64,000 nucleotides of DNA from Antechinus flavipes. Its lineage: Eukaryota. Made by a program: the position numbers and the translations under genes. The notes beneath the pieces are model-generated. The model did no database searches and was not told the origin of the DNA. It saw only the letters and a list, made by a program, of their open reading frames with translations. Of this stretch, positions 25,790 to 38,150 are shown piece by piece (within the stretch, counting starts at the first letter, position 1; each line of letters begins with the position of its first letter). The stretch covers positions 208,878,001 through 208,942,000 of the forward strand of contig NC_067398.1 in assembly GCF_016432865.1 (NCBI RefSeq), given 5' to 3'.

Positions 25790-26115
25790 TTAAAGTAATT
25801 TTTTTTGAAAAAGGGGGAGACATGGGCATATTTGTAAGCAACAGGGAAGCAGTGAGTAGAAAGGGAGAGCCTGGAGATTAATGAGAGGATAGGAATAATC
25901 TAAAGAACAATCTTCTTGAGAAATCACATTGGAATAGGGGAAGGGAGAATGCAGAAGAGTTTGCTTTGGCAAGGAGAAGGACCTCCTTTTCAAGTGAGAC
26001 AGAGGTGAAAGAGAAACAAGTGAAAGCAGATATCTGAGTAATGGAGAGAAGAGATGGAGGGGAGAAGGGGGAACTTGCAACAAACGGTCTCAATGTTTTC
26101 AATAAAGTATGAGCC
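25790..26115 (-). mobile_element. L2 ORF2 internal fragment
   Basis: Reverse complement is homologous to the L2 stretch at 32990-33380 ('tccttgccaaagcaaactc' vs 'tccttgccaaactaatac'). Confidence 0.75.
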
Positions 26116-26249
26116 AAAGTTTATAAAACCAGAAAGACCTGGGTTCAAGTGTTTTCTCTGATCTAAGTTGACTAAGTCATCCTGGGCAAGTCCATTAACT
26201 TTTTAGTGCATTCTCTAAGACTTTCTAAATTGTAAAGATGGTACCTATT

Positions 26250-27100
26250 TAATGGCTAGTATTTACATAGTACTTTAATTTGCAAGATGCTTTACAAATT
26301 TTATCACATATGATTTTCACAACAACTCTGGGAGGTAGGTGTGGTGTTCTCTTCTTTAATATAATATAATAGTTCTCTCTGGGAGGAGGTTTCTCGGGGA
26401 GGTTTTCTGGAGGTAGCCTTAGTTTCAGTTCAGAGTAATAATCACTCCAAATACAGCCAGCTGATAAAATCCAAACGTTTATTTTCTCCTTCCAAGTCTT
26501 GGGCCCAGTTAGCTTTCTTAGAGGCCTATCTCTCTGCTTGGTTCCAAGAGCTCTTGCAGCTTGTCCTTTGCCTCTGCTTTCTTCAGCCTCCAGCCAGCAC
26601 AAAGGTGGAAGATGGAATGAATCTGACTCTGCCTCCAAGAGTGGGCTTCTGTATCTTCCAGAGTGCTCTGTGTCTGGCCCTGAGAGCTTCTTGCTTATAT
26701 GCTGTACACTGAGTACACACCAATCATTATATCACTGGGAAACCATTATTTGTTATAGGATTAAATCATTGCTAAACTAGATTTAAACATTGTCTCCTCA
26801 ATTTCACTTAGTACCTTGTTTCAAGTTCTGGCCCATAACATCTCCTCATAGGATCATGAACTGAACCATGCTAAATTAGATAATTAGATAATTATTGTCT
26901 CTATCACCTCTAATGAATTAACACTTTGTAAGGATTCCAACAGGTAGGTGCTATGCAATCCCTATTGTTCATTTAAGGAAACTGAGACAAAACTGGAGGA
27001 GAAATGATTTTCCTTGGGTCAGACAGCTAATAAGTATTTGAGGCCATGTTTGAACTCTGATCTTCCTGATTCTAAGTCTAGATATCTACTGTATCACCAG
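26250..27100 (-). mobile_element. MIR split by an LTR insertion
   Basis: 'tttacaaat...cacaacaactctgggaggtagg' resumes after the LTR as 'tgctatgcaatccc...ggaaactgagac'. Confidence 0.8.
26340..26942 (-). mobile_element. Solo ERV LTR (603 bp)
   Basis: TG...CA termini; perfect 6-bp TSD GGTAGG at 26334-26339 and 26943-26948; on the minus strand a TATA-like CATATAAG near 26695 lies upstream of AATAAA near 26480. Confidence 0.93.
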
Positions 27101-27128
27101 AGTTTCCTTACCTGGGAGTTCCCTCTTC

Positions 27129-27259
27129 NNNNNNNNNNNNNNNNNNNNNNNNNNNNNNNNNNNNNNNNNNNNNNNNNNNNNNNNNNNNNNNNNNNNNNNN
27201 NNNNNNNNNNNNNNNNNNNNNNNNNNNNNNNNNNNNNNNNNNNNNNNNNNNNNNNNNNN
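27129..27259. other. Assembly gap (131 N)
   Basis: Run of N. Confidence 1.
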
Positions 27260-27440
27260 GGGAGAAGAGAGACAGGAGATATAAACAGGGAGAAAGGGAA
27301 GGAGGAAGAGAGAAAAGAGGAGAGAGACAGAGAAAGGAGGAGGAGGAGGAAGAAGAAGAGGAAGAGGAGGAGAAGGAGGGAGACTGGGAGAGATATAAAA
27401 AGAGAGAGAGACAGGGAGAGTTAGAGAGAGAAGAGAGACA
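27260..27440. repeat. Polypurine (GA/GAG/GAA) low-complexity tract
   Basis: Almost pure A/G for about 180 nt, adjacent to the gap. Confidence 0.9.
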
Positions 27441-27959
27441 AAAAGCATGAGGGATTTTTTTAAAGAAGAAAATACTTCTGTCAAAATGAAACCTTGGCTT
27501 CTGTTGAGAGTAGTGACATTTGGTAAGTCCTGCAGTGAGGCTGGATTTTCTTTTCTGCTTTGAAACACCTATCTGTTTTAAGCTGGGAAAACATTCCTCT
27601 CCTGAGGATTCTTTGTTTTTCCATGCCTCCCCCCTCTTCACCCTCCCAACACCCCAGATCCAAATTGAATGTTTAAGCTTATTGGCAAGATATGACCTGT
27701 TTGTAATACTAAAGGAGAAATCCCAGCTTGACTGGAGGAAATGAATGGAATCCATTCCTTTTTGGCAGGTATTCCAGGTACTCATGCTCCTTCTTGGAGA
27801 AAACTGAGTCATCTGTTGTGCTATCTAGTCCTATGGCAGTCAAGCTTCCAGAATGTGCTACCTTTTCATTGCTTACTTTCAGAATCCTTCTTTTCCTTCA
27901 AGGCTTAGTTCAAGTAATACCTCTTCTATGATGTCCTTCCTGAATCTTCTTCCCGCATC

Positions 27960-28380
27960 TACTCACTTCTCCCTCATCCCTAGTCATCCCCGGGTGAAAG
28001 ATTTCTCTCCTCAAATTTTTTGAGAATACTTTTTTCTACCTTGGTCCCCTTTGTTAAGGACTCTGTCATTCTCTCAGGTACCCAGGCTTACAAGCTTAGT
28101 GTCATCCTTGGATGCTCAATTTTTCTCACCCTACCCATCTGATTTGCCATTAAGTCTTGTCATTTCTGTCTTCACAATGTTTTTTAAATACTCCCATTTT
28201 TCTCACACACATCTATATCCTTATTCAGGTACTCACCGCCCCTTAGACTACTTCAATGGATTCTCTTCCTCAGTTCTTTTTCATTTCCAAAGTGACTTTC
28301 CTAAAACAAAAGCCTGCCATGTCATGCCTTACTCAACAAACCCTAGAGGCTCCCAATTTATATTTGGACCTATGATTTCA
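27960..28380 (+). mobile_element. L2 3' portion
   Basis: 'cccaggcttacaagcttagtgtcatccttgga...ccccttagactacttcaatgg...ctttcctaaaacaaaagcctgccatgtc'. Confidence 0.75.
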
Positions 28381-28799
28381 TTAACATAAGGGCTCTCAGA
28401 GAGGAAGCTCTTCTAGTCATTCATATAGAACCATAACTTCTAATCCAAAGAATTATCTGAGGACTCTGGGAGGTTAAGTAATTTTGATTTACCTATGATC
28501 CCATGGTATGTTTCAAGAGTGAAACTTGAATCCAAATCATGATAATTTCAAAGCCAATTCCTCTATTCACTGTGCATATAATATACACACAGTAAATGTA
28601 GAATTGAATTGAAAAGCACCACGCCACCTCTGCTTTGGGAAAGCATCAGAAACTGGACAAAATGCTTATTCCTTGCCCCTCACCCTCACCCAAGTCCTTA
28701 ATTGACAGCATTTTTGTCTCCTTTGAACCTGGTCAGGCAACTTGCTCTTCTTAATCATCTCCTAGGGCTCAAAACTGAGGCTAGGGTTCGATTTAAGGA

Positions 28800-29000
28800 A
28801 GAACTTCCAGAATAAGAGTTGTTCTCAAATGGAATCAGTTGTCTCACAAAACAATGGGTTTTTAATACATAGAAGAAGTTAAAGTAGAAATTTGATGACC
28901 TCTTCTCTGGGATAATATAAGAATGAATTTATCCATTAATTACAGAGTTAGACTAGATGTGCTCCAGTACCTTCCAAAATTGAGAGTTTATGATTCTTTA
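28800..29000 (+). mobile_element. L3/CR1 3' end
   Basis: 'agttgttctcaaatggaatc...gttagactagatgtgctccagtaccttccaa...ttatgattct'. Confidence 0.6.
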
Positions 29001-31562
29001 ATACTTATTGAATACTTATTTTTGGGTGTATGACAATCAGCCTTAAGTGACTTGCCCAGGGTCATACAGGTAGCAACTTTCTGAGATGGAATTTGTATTA
29101 AAATCCTCCTGATTCCTGGGCCAGTGTTCTATCCACTGTGCAACCTAGCTACTCCTTATTAAGCACTTATTATGGGGTTAGCACATGAGAGATGTTATGG
29201 AGAATACAGAGCAGCCTAAGATCTTAGCTTCTGCCTTAAATTATTCTATCATTCATTTGATGAGACAACACATACACATTCTCAAATGGTTTAATATTGC
29301 ACATGATTGCTAAAGTTTATGTTACTAGTGTAACCCTACATTTAGTATGACTCCTTCTTGGTAGAGAGAGGGAAGATTCAACTTTATGTTTGTGTAAAAG
29401 GTTAAATTGGCACAAGAGTATGGGAAAGATGTTCTTTCTTTCCAAGAGTACATGTATGGTTCCATTTTCTCTTTAGGGAGAAACCTGGAGGGAAACAGAA
29501 TACATTGGAAAACTGAAGACATGGAGGGGAATGCTAGATTCCCAACATGTCTCTGATTTATATCTCAAGAGAATTTTCTTTTAGGTCAAATTGAAAATAA
29601 GTTCTCTTGGTTGAACTAAGATATTTTCCTTCTTGTGAAAAAGCTCATCCACTCTTTTTATTGTCCGATATATTCTAATTCATATCATTACTCTGATTTC
29701 TGTTTGCTAAATGCTTGGATAAATGGATTTATTCATTATTCACTATTTATAATGGTAACTAGCAATTCATAGTTGGAAGTCAAGTCTTCCCACAAAATAG
29801 CATATAGTCTTCAGGTATTAGGCTGTAGAACTTTTTTATACAGAGAGAATAGTAGCCAGGAAAGCATTTTGAATATAAGAAAAAGTAATTTCCCTAAACT
29901 CACAATATTTAGGAAGTGAAGTGTAAATTGGAAAAGTTATATTGATTAGACTGTACTAGAAAATGCACAAGAGTAGAGGAGCTTTTTAGACAGAATTGGG
30001 GTAAGATCTCATTTCAGACCAAAAGAAAGGGTCCTGTCTCATCCAAAGAGAAACACTCGGTATGAAGCTTCTGGAAATGAGGACATGTGCAAGAGTTGGC
30101 TTCCCTTATATGTCTGTAGCTTCCAAAGTCTTTTCCTTTTTTAATTCCATGGAATGCCCTCTGTTTACATGTCTCTCTTCTGAAGAATCTCTGGAACATC
30201 ATGTGTATCTTAAGAAACTCTGGCCTTCATTCAGGGCATTGACTCAGAGTAGGATTTACAGTCAGGGTAAATAGGAAATTGTGGAATCTTTCCTCAGTAA
30301 CTTCTAGCCACTGCAATATTTTAAGAATCTGATATTTCATCAATATGACTATATCCTCTTCTTTCTCTATTGAACTGGTTTCAAATTATGCTTCTGTTTC
30401 TTACTACTTGTGTGACCTTAGAAAAATCACTTAATCTTTCTAAGCCTCAGGTTCCTTATTTGCAAAATGAGAAAGATTATATAGCTTTTGGGGTTCCTTC
30501 TATCTTTGAATTTATGATTTTATAAAGTTATTACATTTGTGGTCCAAGGGATATTGAATGCTACAATTCATAAGGCAAAGAGATTTCTTGGTTACACAGA
30601 AGTATTAAGTGTGTAGTAAGTATTGTGTTTGTTGAATTAAATTTGATTCCTTCATATCTGTTTCTATTCTAATCAAATGTTCTTTGGTTAATTCAGCTTA
30701 CCTTTTTGTAATAATGTTGGCCAAGGTTTTATGGGAGTGCTGATAGGTTTGGGGATAGCTCTTTTCTCTACAATCAATTCAAGTCACCACTGGCTATGTT
30801 CCTTCCAATTTTAGGGAGCCAATAATTAGGAGCCCAGTTCCATTTAACCATTTAATATCAGGTAGCTTTTACAAAGAGATATTTGCTTCAAAAATATAAC
30901 AAGAACCAAGTGTACAAATATATGCCCCCAAATCCCTGGAGAGACAATACCCCTTCTTCATTTCGACATTTGGAGATGGAGGAATTAGTTTCTTATCTTA
31001 TTCCAATCCCTGCATAGCTTGGATTCTGCCAAGTCCATGCCAGTTTGCAGCACAAACTTTCTGGATAAATCCTTCTGCTGGACTGGAGTTCTGAAAATCA
31101 CTTCCAAAGATTAAAGATCTTTCCTTGTTCCTGCAGCATTGATGCCAGACCTAGACTGGATTCAGATTCTTGCCTTCTCCTTCTCCCTCTCTCCTTCCTA
31201 GAATGGAAAGAAACAAATTGTTCCCACTTCTTGTGAGGGAGCCATGTGGTCTCAACCAGGGGATTCCATGGGCGTAAGTTTCATAGCTCTTACTCTTAAA
31301 ACATAGTGTTTCTCTGAAAACTATCACTAAAGCTGATAGGTCTTTAAGAATGACTTCAAAATCAATCAGAGGTCTTTGTCTTTATCACATGGTTTAGTCA
31401 GTTAGAATAAGCTGGCCACATTGAACCAGTATCTCTAAGGTATTTCCTTTATAAAATTCTCCCCAAAGTAGCTTTCTAGTGTCTTTCTTGTGGAGGTGTT
31501 ATCTGAGGTACCCATATATATGTAATGTATCAGACCCCCCATAACATAGGTGTAAATGTCAT

Positions 31563-31777
31563 CAGGGTATGCTGGAGTCAGCTTGAACTAGCTCATAAGA
31601 ATCAGTTGTTAAAATTTTAATTTGATTATATCTCAGAAATTGGCAAACACTAAAAATCAGAGCTTGGTGTATTATTTTATTAATTTTCTAGACTTAAATG
31701 TTAATGCAGATTAAACTTAAAAGTATGTTGTGTGTTTTTGGAGATCTGATTGTTAAACATATACCAGTATATCACTG
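31563..31777 (+). mobile_element. MER63-like hAT MITE with both termini
   Basis: CAGGGTATGCTGG...CCAGTATATCACTG TIRs; flanks AATGTCAT / GGTGTCAG match at 5/8. Confidence 0.75.
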
Positions 31778-32489
31778 GGTGTCAGCATGATATGATCATC
31801 ACCTATATATATTCACTGAATGACACTATGTCCTTAAAGGTAATTATAAATCTTATATAACAAGCTGCATGTAAGTAGATATCATTTAACAGAGGATTTT
31901 AGACATAAAAGTCCTACAAGTCCATTATTTATATTTGTCATTGTCCAATAAAGTTAAGTGTAAGCCAATCTCATTTTAACTCATTTATCCAGACTGTCAC
32001 TGAGGAGCTATGAAGAGCATCAGGGAAGAACTAACTATCTCAGGAAAGATGAGATCAATATCAGCACTTTAATTCTCACAAGTCATTCCATAATTACAAA
32101 TGCTTGAATGAAGAGGAAATAAAAACCAAGTATTTGCTAGAGATGTTTCTATCCTCTTTAATATTGAACTACCAAGGTGCTATTTTTAATGATATCCATT
32201 TATCTATCTATACACACACACATATGTAATTATCTACTTCCCCTTATGTCCCTTATCATCTCCTCTGTGACTGTAGCACTATTTCTCCCTAAAAAAAATG
32301 TTTTGAAGAACATAATTAACAATCACTTCTTTCTCCCAGTTTTCCTACTCAAATTTCCTCTTGGAACTATTGAGAAAATATTTGTAAAGAAATCTATCCA
32401 ACAATGGAAAGGTAAGGAACAGAGTTTCTCCTCAAATTTCAATTCTAACACCTGTAGGTTAGCATGAACCACAGGTATGTGAAATCATT

Positions 32490-33720
32490 CAGAATGGAAT
32501 GCCTATTATAAATCACCTTTCTCCAATTCTCTGTCTTCTCAATACTTGATTAGCTCATTACCTTTACTCTTTACTCTTCTGCCTTGTTAATTTCATTAAC
32601 CAATTTAACTCCCTTATCCCTTAATCTCAATTCTATTGCCCCCTTGTCTTACCTCTGGTCATCCCTTGTGTAACATGGGCTGTCCCCAAAGACTATTTCT
32701 ATTACATTTTACCCCTTTACTCATGGATTAATCCTCATACCATCTTTCCTACTTCCATTCTTGCATTCCATATGCTGATAAAGAGTTGAAGGAAGTCATA
32801 CAACCAATATATATCATCTGACTTTAGTTGGACTCTTACTGAAGCAAAAAAAAAAATCATGTTATTCCACTCTAATTGATTCCCTATATCCCTCAACAGA
32901 AGTTATACAAACCTTCCCTTCTTTCCTCAAACTTCTTATGACCTTTCCTCCTTTTACCCTCTCCTCAGAAGACTACATCTTTTACTTGATTGAAAAAAAG
33001 AGACCATTCTTAGTAAGCTCTTTTGCTTTTCCCCCTTCTATTCATTTCAAAAGCCATTGGACACCATCTCACACTCTCTCTTCTCTCTATTTCCTTCCCT
33101 GACAATGATGTAGCCTTTCTCCTTGCCAAACTAATACATTTACATGTGCTCTTGGTTCCCTTTTCCTGTCTTCTACAACAGATTGCTTAGTCTGTCATCT
33201 CAAATTCTCAAACTCTATCTACTGGTCCCTTTTCTTCTATCTTCAAACATGCCCAAGTCTTTTCCATACTAAAAAAATCCCCACAAAAATTTTATTTGAA
33301 CCTACCAAAGCCACAAGCTACTGTGCTATTTTTTTTCTCCTCTCTATGTCAAATGAAAACACAGAAGATCAAAGCTATCTATGCCTATTGTCACCACTTC
33401 TTTTTCTCTCCTCTCACTCATTCCACAATCCTTTGCAATCCTTTTGAGGTAACTGATCTCATGTTTTAATTGAAGGTGTTCTCCCAAAACTACCAATAAT
33501 CTCTTAATTGCCAAATCTCTTAGTCTTTTCTCAGGTCTCAACTTTTTGACTTTTCAGCTATAATCCACATTGTTGACCAATTTTTCCTCCAAGATCCACC
33601 CCAACCTCTCTGAGTTTTTGTGACTTGATTCTTTCCTAGTTTTCTTCTGATTACTCTTCAGTCTATATTGTTGATTAATTACCTACCTAATACCCCCTAA
33701 CTATGGATATTCCTCAAGGC
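32490..33720 (+). mobile_element. L2 ORF2 internal relic (linker to RT)
   Basis: Pyrimidine-rich L2 body, including 'gaaggtgttctcccaaaactaccaataatctcttaattgccaaatc...ttttgacttttcagc' (like ETAL.KVTNDL...LDLSAAFD). Confidence 0.75.
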
Positions 33721-33829
33721 TCTGTTTCTGTTCTTTAACAAGACTCTCTTTTTAGTGATTTCACAGCTCCTTCATGTTAGATTTCTTTCTTAAGGACCTT
33801 ATCTTAAACCCAAATCTCCCTGGCTCTCA

Positions 33830-34295
33830 TTGATTGGCCAATAATATGTCCCAGGCAAAGCCCAAATAGATCATTATTTAGGCTCTGATTGACTCAAAGA
33901 AAATGTAAATAGCAATTGCTTCTATTTTCACCAGAAACCCTGAGGTCTTCCCATTCAAGATATATATATATATATATATTTTTTTTTTTTTACTAGGGAA
34001 GAGAAGACATTCTTTGCCTCAATTCTTAGCTAGCTTTAATCACTGAATGGGCATTGCTTCAATCAAACTGAGACCTATTAAAGACTTTAGCTTAAAAAGG
34101 CAAGGTCTCCCACTAAATCCAGAGCCATCTCCAGTCATCCTGTTCCATATCTGTCCATTAGACCCAGATGGCTCTGGAAGGGAAAGTGAGGCAGGTGACC
34201 TTGCATAGCCCTCCCTCACTTCCATTTAATTCATTTTCATGTCATGGCATCATCTTCTTAATATCATGGTTCTCTTTGAGAATGAAGGACAAACA
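33830..34295 (+). mobile_element. WALLSI/RTESINE-like SINE containing a (TA)9T13 microsatellite (33961-33991)
   Basis: RTE-type tail 'ctctttgagaatgaaggacaaac'; body 'ggacccagatggctctgga...gtgaggcaggtgaccttgc'. Confidence 0.75.
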
Positions 34296-34501
34296 GTTCT
34301 GGGAAAATCATTTAACCTCTGTGCCTCAGTTTTCTCAGCTGCAAAACAAAATAATAAAAGCACCAACCTTGCACGACTGTTGTTAGGATCAAATGAGATA
34401 ATATTTGTGAAATGTACACAGTACCTGGCACCTAGTAAATAAGCTTGCTCCCTTGCTTTTGATGCGGTTAGTGGTGAGGAGGTTAGTGGCAGTCAGAGAG
34501 T

Positions 34502-35108
34502 TGTTAAAATCCTCTTATGTCAGTGCACAGGTTCTTCATGAAAGAATTGATAAAACCCAAAAATATTAATTGGCAAAAATGAAAGTTTATTGTTGGGTAA
34601 GAAGCCAGTTTTGCTAAGAGACTGTCCTTTAGTAGCAAAGTCCTATTAGGGACATGGAGGCTTGAGAATGGCTTCTCAGCGAGCAGGATCCTAGAAGCAG
34701 AACAATTTTCGTTGGACCATTTGCAAGGTATTTTTAGGGAAATGGAGGCTGACACTGAGAAGAGAATGCCTTCTCAGGGGCAGGGTCCTAGAAAGCTGCT
34801 TTGGACCTTCTGCAAAGAAATGAGTTTAAGGAAACTTATTATATGGGTAGCTCTTGGTGGGATCTGGGACAGCCTAAGCTGATCAGACCAGGATTTCTCA
34901 ATTGAATGAGAATTTAGAATTTCAAAAAGATCAATGGGAATTGATTTGCCCTTGAATAGTGCTTCTCTTATCCTGGGAGGATGGGCCCCTCTCTCTAGAC
35001 TCCTTGGAGCCTGGGAGATCCTGATCTCTCAGATCAAAAAGGGGACACAATTTAATTTTAAAGGGAACACAATTTCAGTAAAGGGAACACAGTTTCCCTC
35101 CCCCTTCA
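34502..35108 (-). mobile_element. Probable solo LTR with 3 tandem copies of AAAGGGRACACARTTT (35038-35098)
   Basis: TG...CA ends, about 607 bp, minus-strand AATAAA near 34587, short enhancer-like tandem repeats at the U3 end; no TSD seen. Confidence 0.6.
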
Positions 35109-35324
35109 CTTTTCCCTCTCTCATCTCACTTTTTGCTTTCCATATAACAAGCTGGCCTTCATTTTGTTCTTCACATATGACATTGTTTCTCTTCATTTGC
35201 TCTGGATGTCCCCACTTCCCAAAATGTTATTCCTCCTCACCTTTACCTAAGAGAATTGCTTTCTCTCTCTTTTTTTAAAGATGCAACTCAAGCATTGCTT
35301 TTCCTTGAAACCTTTCCTGTAATT

Positions 35325-35580
35325 AGGTGACAAGTTGAGAGACTGGGGAACTGGTATCTGGAAAATCTGAGTTCAAATTTAGCCTCAGATCCTACTAGGT
35401 GTATGACCCTGGGCAAATTGCTTAATCCCTTCCTCAGTTTCTTAAGCCTATCTCAGTTTCTTCATCTATAAAATGGGCATAATAAGAGTATCTATCTCCT
35501 GAGTTTGTTGTGAGAATCACGTGAGATATTTGTAAAGATTTTTGAAAATCTGAAATTATTATATAAATTCTAGTTATTAT
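35325..35580 (+). mobile_element. MIR
   Basis: 'ctgagttcaaatttagcctcag...ctcagtttcttcatctataaaatggg...gtgagaatc'. Confidence 0.8.
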
Positions 35581-35906
35581 CATTATACTTACAACTGCTG
35601 CGCTCTCTTCCTAATAGTTAACCTGTATGTGTATTTTATTCATTCTGTATATATTTATGTATCAACTTGTTTCCTTCACTAGAGCATAAGCTCCTTGAGA
35701 GTGGAGTTTATTTTATCTTTGTATTTTCTACCTCCCCTCCCCCATTTAACACAGTAACTGGCACAACAGTACACACTTAATAAATGCTTATTGATTGATT
35801 GATTGATGACATTTAGGATATTTTAAAGAAAATCTGGTACAAAGAGAGCAATCTTAAAGAATAAAGAGGCATGATGAGTTGAAACTGCATTACCACAAAT
35901 TTCTTT

Positions 35907-36578
35907 TTTTTAATTAAAGCTTTTTATTTTCAAAACATATGTACAGATAATTTTTCAACATTTATCCTTGCATATCCTTGTGTTCCAAATTTTTGCCTCC
36001 TTCTCCCCCCCCAGATGGCAAGTAATCCAGTATATGTTATACATGTTAAAATATATGCTAAACCCAATATTTGTAAACATATCTATACAATTATCTTACT
36101 GCACAAAAAAGATCAGCTCAAAAAGGAAAAAAAAATGAGTAAGTAGACAAAATGCAAATGAACAACAACAAAAAGAGTGAGAATGTTCTATTATGATCCA
36201 CACTCAGTTCTCGCAGTCCTCTCTTTAGGTGTACATTGCTCTCTTCATCACGAGATTATTGAAAGTGGCCTCAATCATCTCATTGTTGGAAAGAGGCATG
36301 TTCATCAGAATTGATCATCAAATAATCTTGTTGCCATGTACAATGATCTCCTGATTCTGCTCATCTCACTTAGCATCAGTTCATGTAGATCTCTCCAAGA
36401 TTCTCTGAAATCATCCTGCTGATCGTTTCTTATAGAACAATATTCCATAACATCATATACTATAACTTACTCAGCCATTCTCCAACTGATGGACATCCAG
36501 TTTCTTGCCACTACAAAAAAGGGCTGCCACAAACATTTTTGCACATGTGGGTCCCTTTCTTTCCTTTTAGAATTCTTT
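35907..36578 (-). mobile_element. Dasyurid L1 3' end, 5'-truncated
   Basis: Perfect 13-bp TSD CACAAATTTCTTT at 35894-35906 and 36579-36591 with a TT/AAAG EN site; homologous to 14063-14760. Confidence 0.95.
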
Positions 36579-37729
36579 CACAAATTTCTTTAATCTAAAA
36601 GGAAGAGGCTTTAAGTTTATTTGTATAATCAGATTTTGCAAATCTGACTTTTTCTTAAAAAATGACAACTATTTTAAACAAACTCCACCCTGCCTTTGTA
36701 GACTAGACATACCATATATGCCTGTTGTTTTTATTAAGGATACCTATCATAGTCTGATATGCCTTTCTTGCTATCTACCTCTTTCCATCTATAAAGAACT
36801 TTTCAATATGAATTTTTCATTATGTATCCAAAATTTCCCTTTTTCTGAAGAAAAAATCAATGTTGATGACTTAGCAACATGATACAGATTTTACTTTCAT
36901 TATTTTTAGTTATTTCTGACATGTGTGATGTTGAAGTATATAGTTAGTTGTTGCTATTAATAATGTGATCCTGCATCTTGTTCTTCTGTACCTTGAAATC
37001 CATAACTAAATTAATTTTTATTAGGTGAGATTTTATAGCATCTCAGAAAAGATGTTTTCTATTTTAGAAATAATACTTTTTTTAGGAGAAATTGCCAGAG
37101 TGGGTTGAACATGTATATTGTGGTTATGAAGAGTTACTCCATCTTTTAACTCCTTGTGAGCAATGTTACTCTTTTCTAGCTCCTGCTTTCAGTATATTTT
37201 TCTCTCTATGGTTGAAAAATAGCTTTTCCTTTTCTTAGGAAGGATGCTACAATGTGATACAATGGAACTATCTCCCAAACTAGACACAGCCTTCCTAAAC
37301 CAAAACTATTAGCTAGAAAATAATCTGGATTCATGTCTTTCTTCCTCTGTTCTGGGAAGGTATAAAAATATGAATCAATACAATTTTTTGTTCAATACTG
37401 ATCCCTCATTTTGCCAGGATAAATACCAGTAGTAATAGAATCTCCTGCTCCTTGCTATCCCACAGTGCTTTTTTTTTTTTTTTTCTGTTTTTCTTTTCTC
37501 TGTGTTATCTCTTCTGCCACCTTCTGCACCAGCACACACATATTAGCCAGAATAGACTTTATAACTTTTTTAAATTTTATGCTTTCATATGAGAGAAACC
37601 AAATTCACTAAAAACAAGAGAAAATACTTAATAAACAATAAATAGAAATACAGTCTCAGAACATCAGCTCTCTCCCAAGAGAATGCAAGAGTCAAGAGTG
37701 AAAGGCAGGAAACTAAGGCGTCACCAGTT

Positions 37730-38150
37730 TTGTTCTTAGTAGCAGTTACAATCCCAGCCTCTCTGCACTTATTCTGTGTGGCTACTGTATCGTGTGGATA
37801 CAGTCCTGGTTTTATTGTCTCAAATATCACTCACTTGCCAGATATTTACTCACTCATTAGCTATGGCCACAGCAACAGCAGCCTTCAGCCTTTTCACAAG
37901 TTCCCAACTCTTTCCTGCTTCCAATTCCATCTCCTTCCCAGTATGCTCTTATGCTTAGTTCAGTTCCAAACTCTCAGGACTAGCTCTTTCTTGCCTCTGC
38001 ATCTCTTACCCCTCCCTTAGGAATAGAAGGGCCTAGGTTATCAGCCCAAAGTGAGTCCCAATGACTCCCCAGTGGTTTGAATAGTAAACATTGGGGAATT
38101 TCCTCTTTTTCAGCAGGCATTTATTTCTAACTTCCTGGAACATCTCCCTA
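37730..38150 (-). mobile_element. Possible old solo LTR
   Basis: LTR-like composition, minus-strand AATAAA near 37811, end 'acatctcc' resembling 26838 in the 26340 LTR; boundaries unclear. Confidence 0.3.

Noticed and set aside
27014-27812. Longest ORFs in the track (136-234 aa)
   Set aside because: They span the N-gap and the polypurine tract, so they are compositional artefacts.
37784-37804. Hairpin ACTGTATC-GTGTG-GATACAGT
   Set aside because: The stem is too short for a pre-miRNA and is at chance level.
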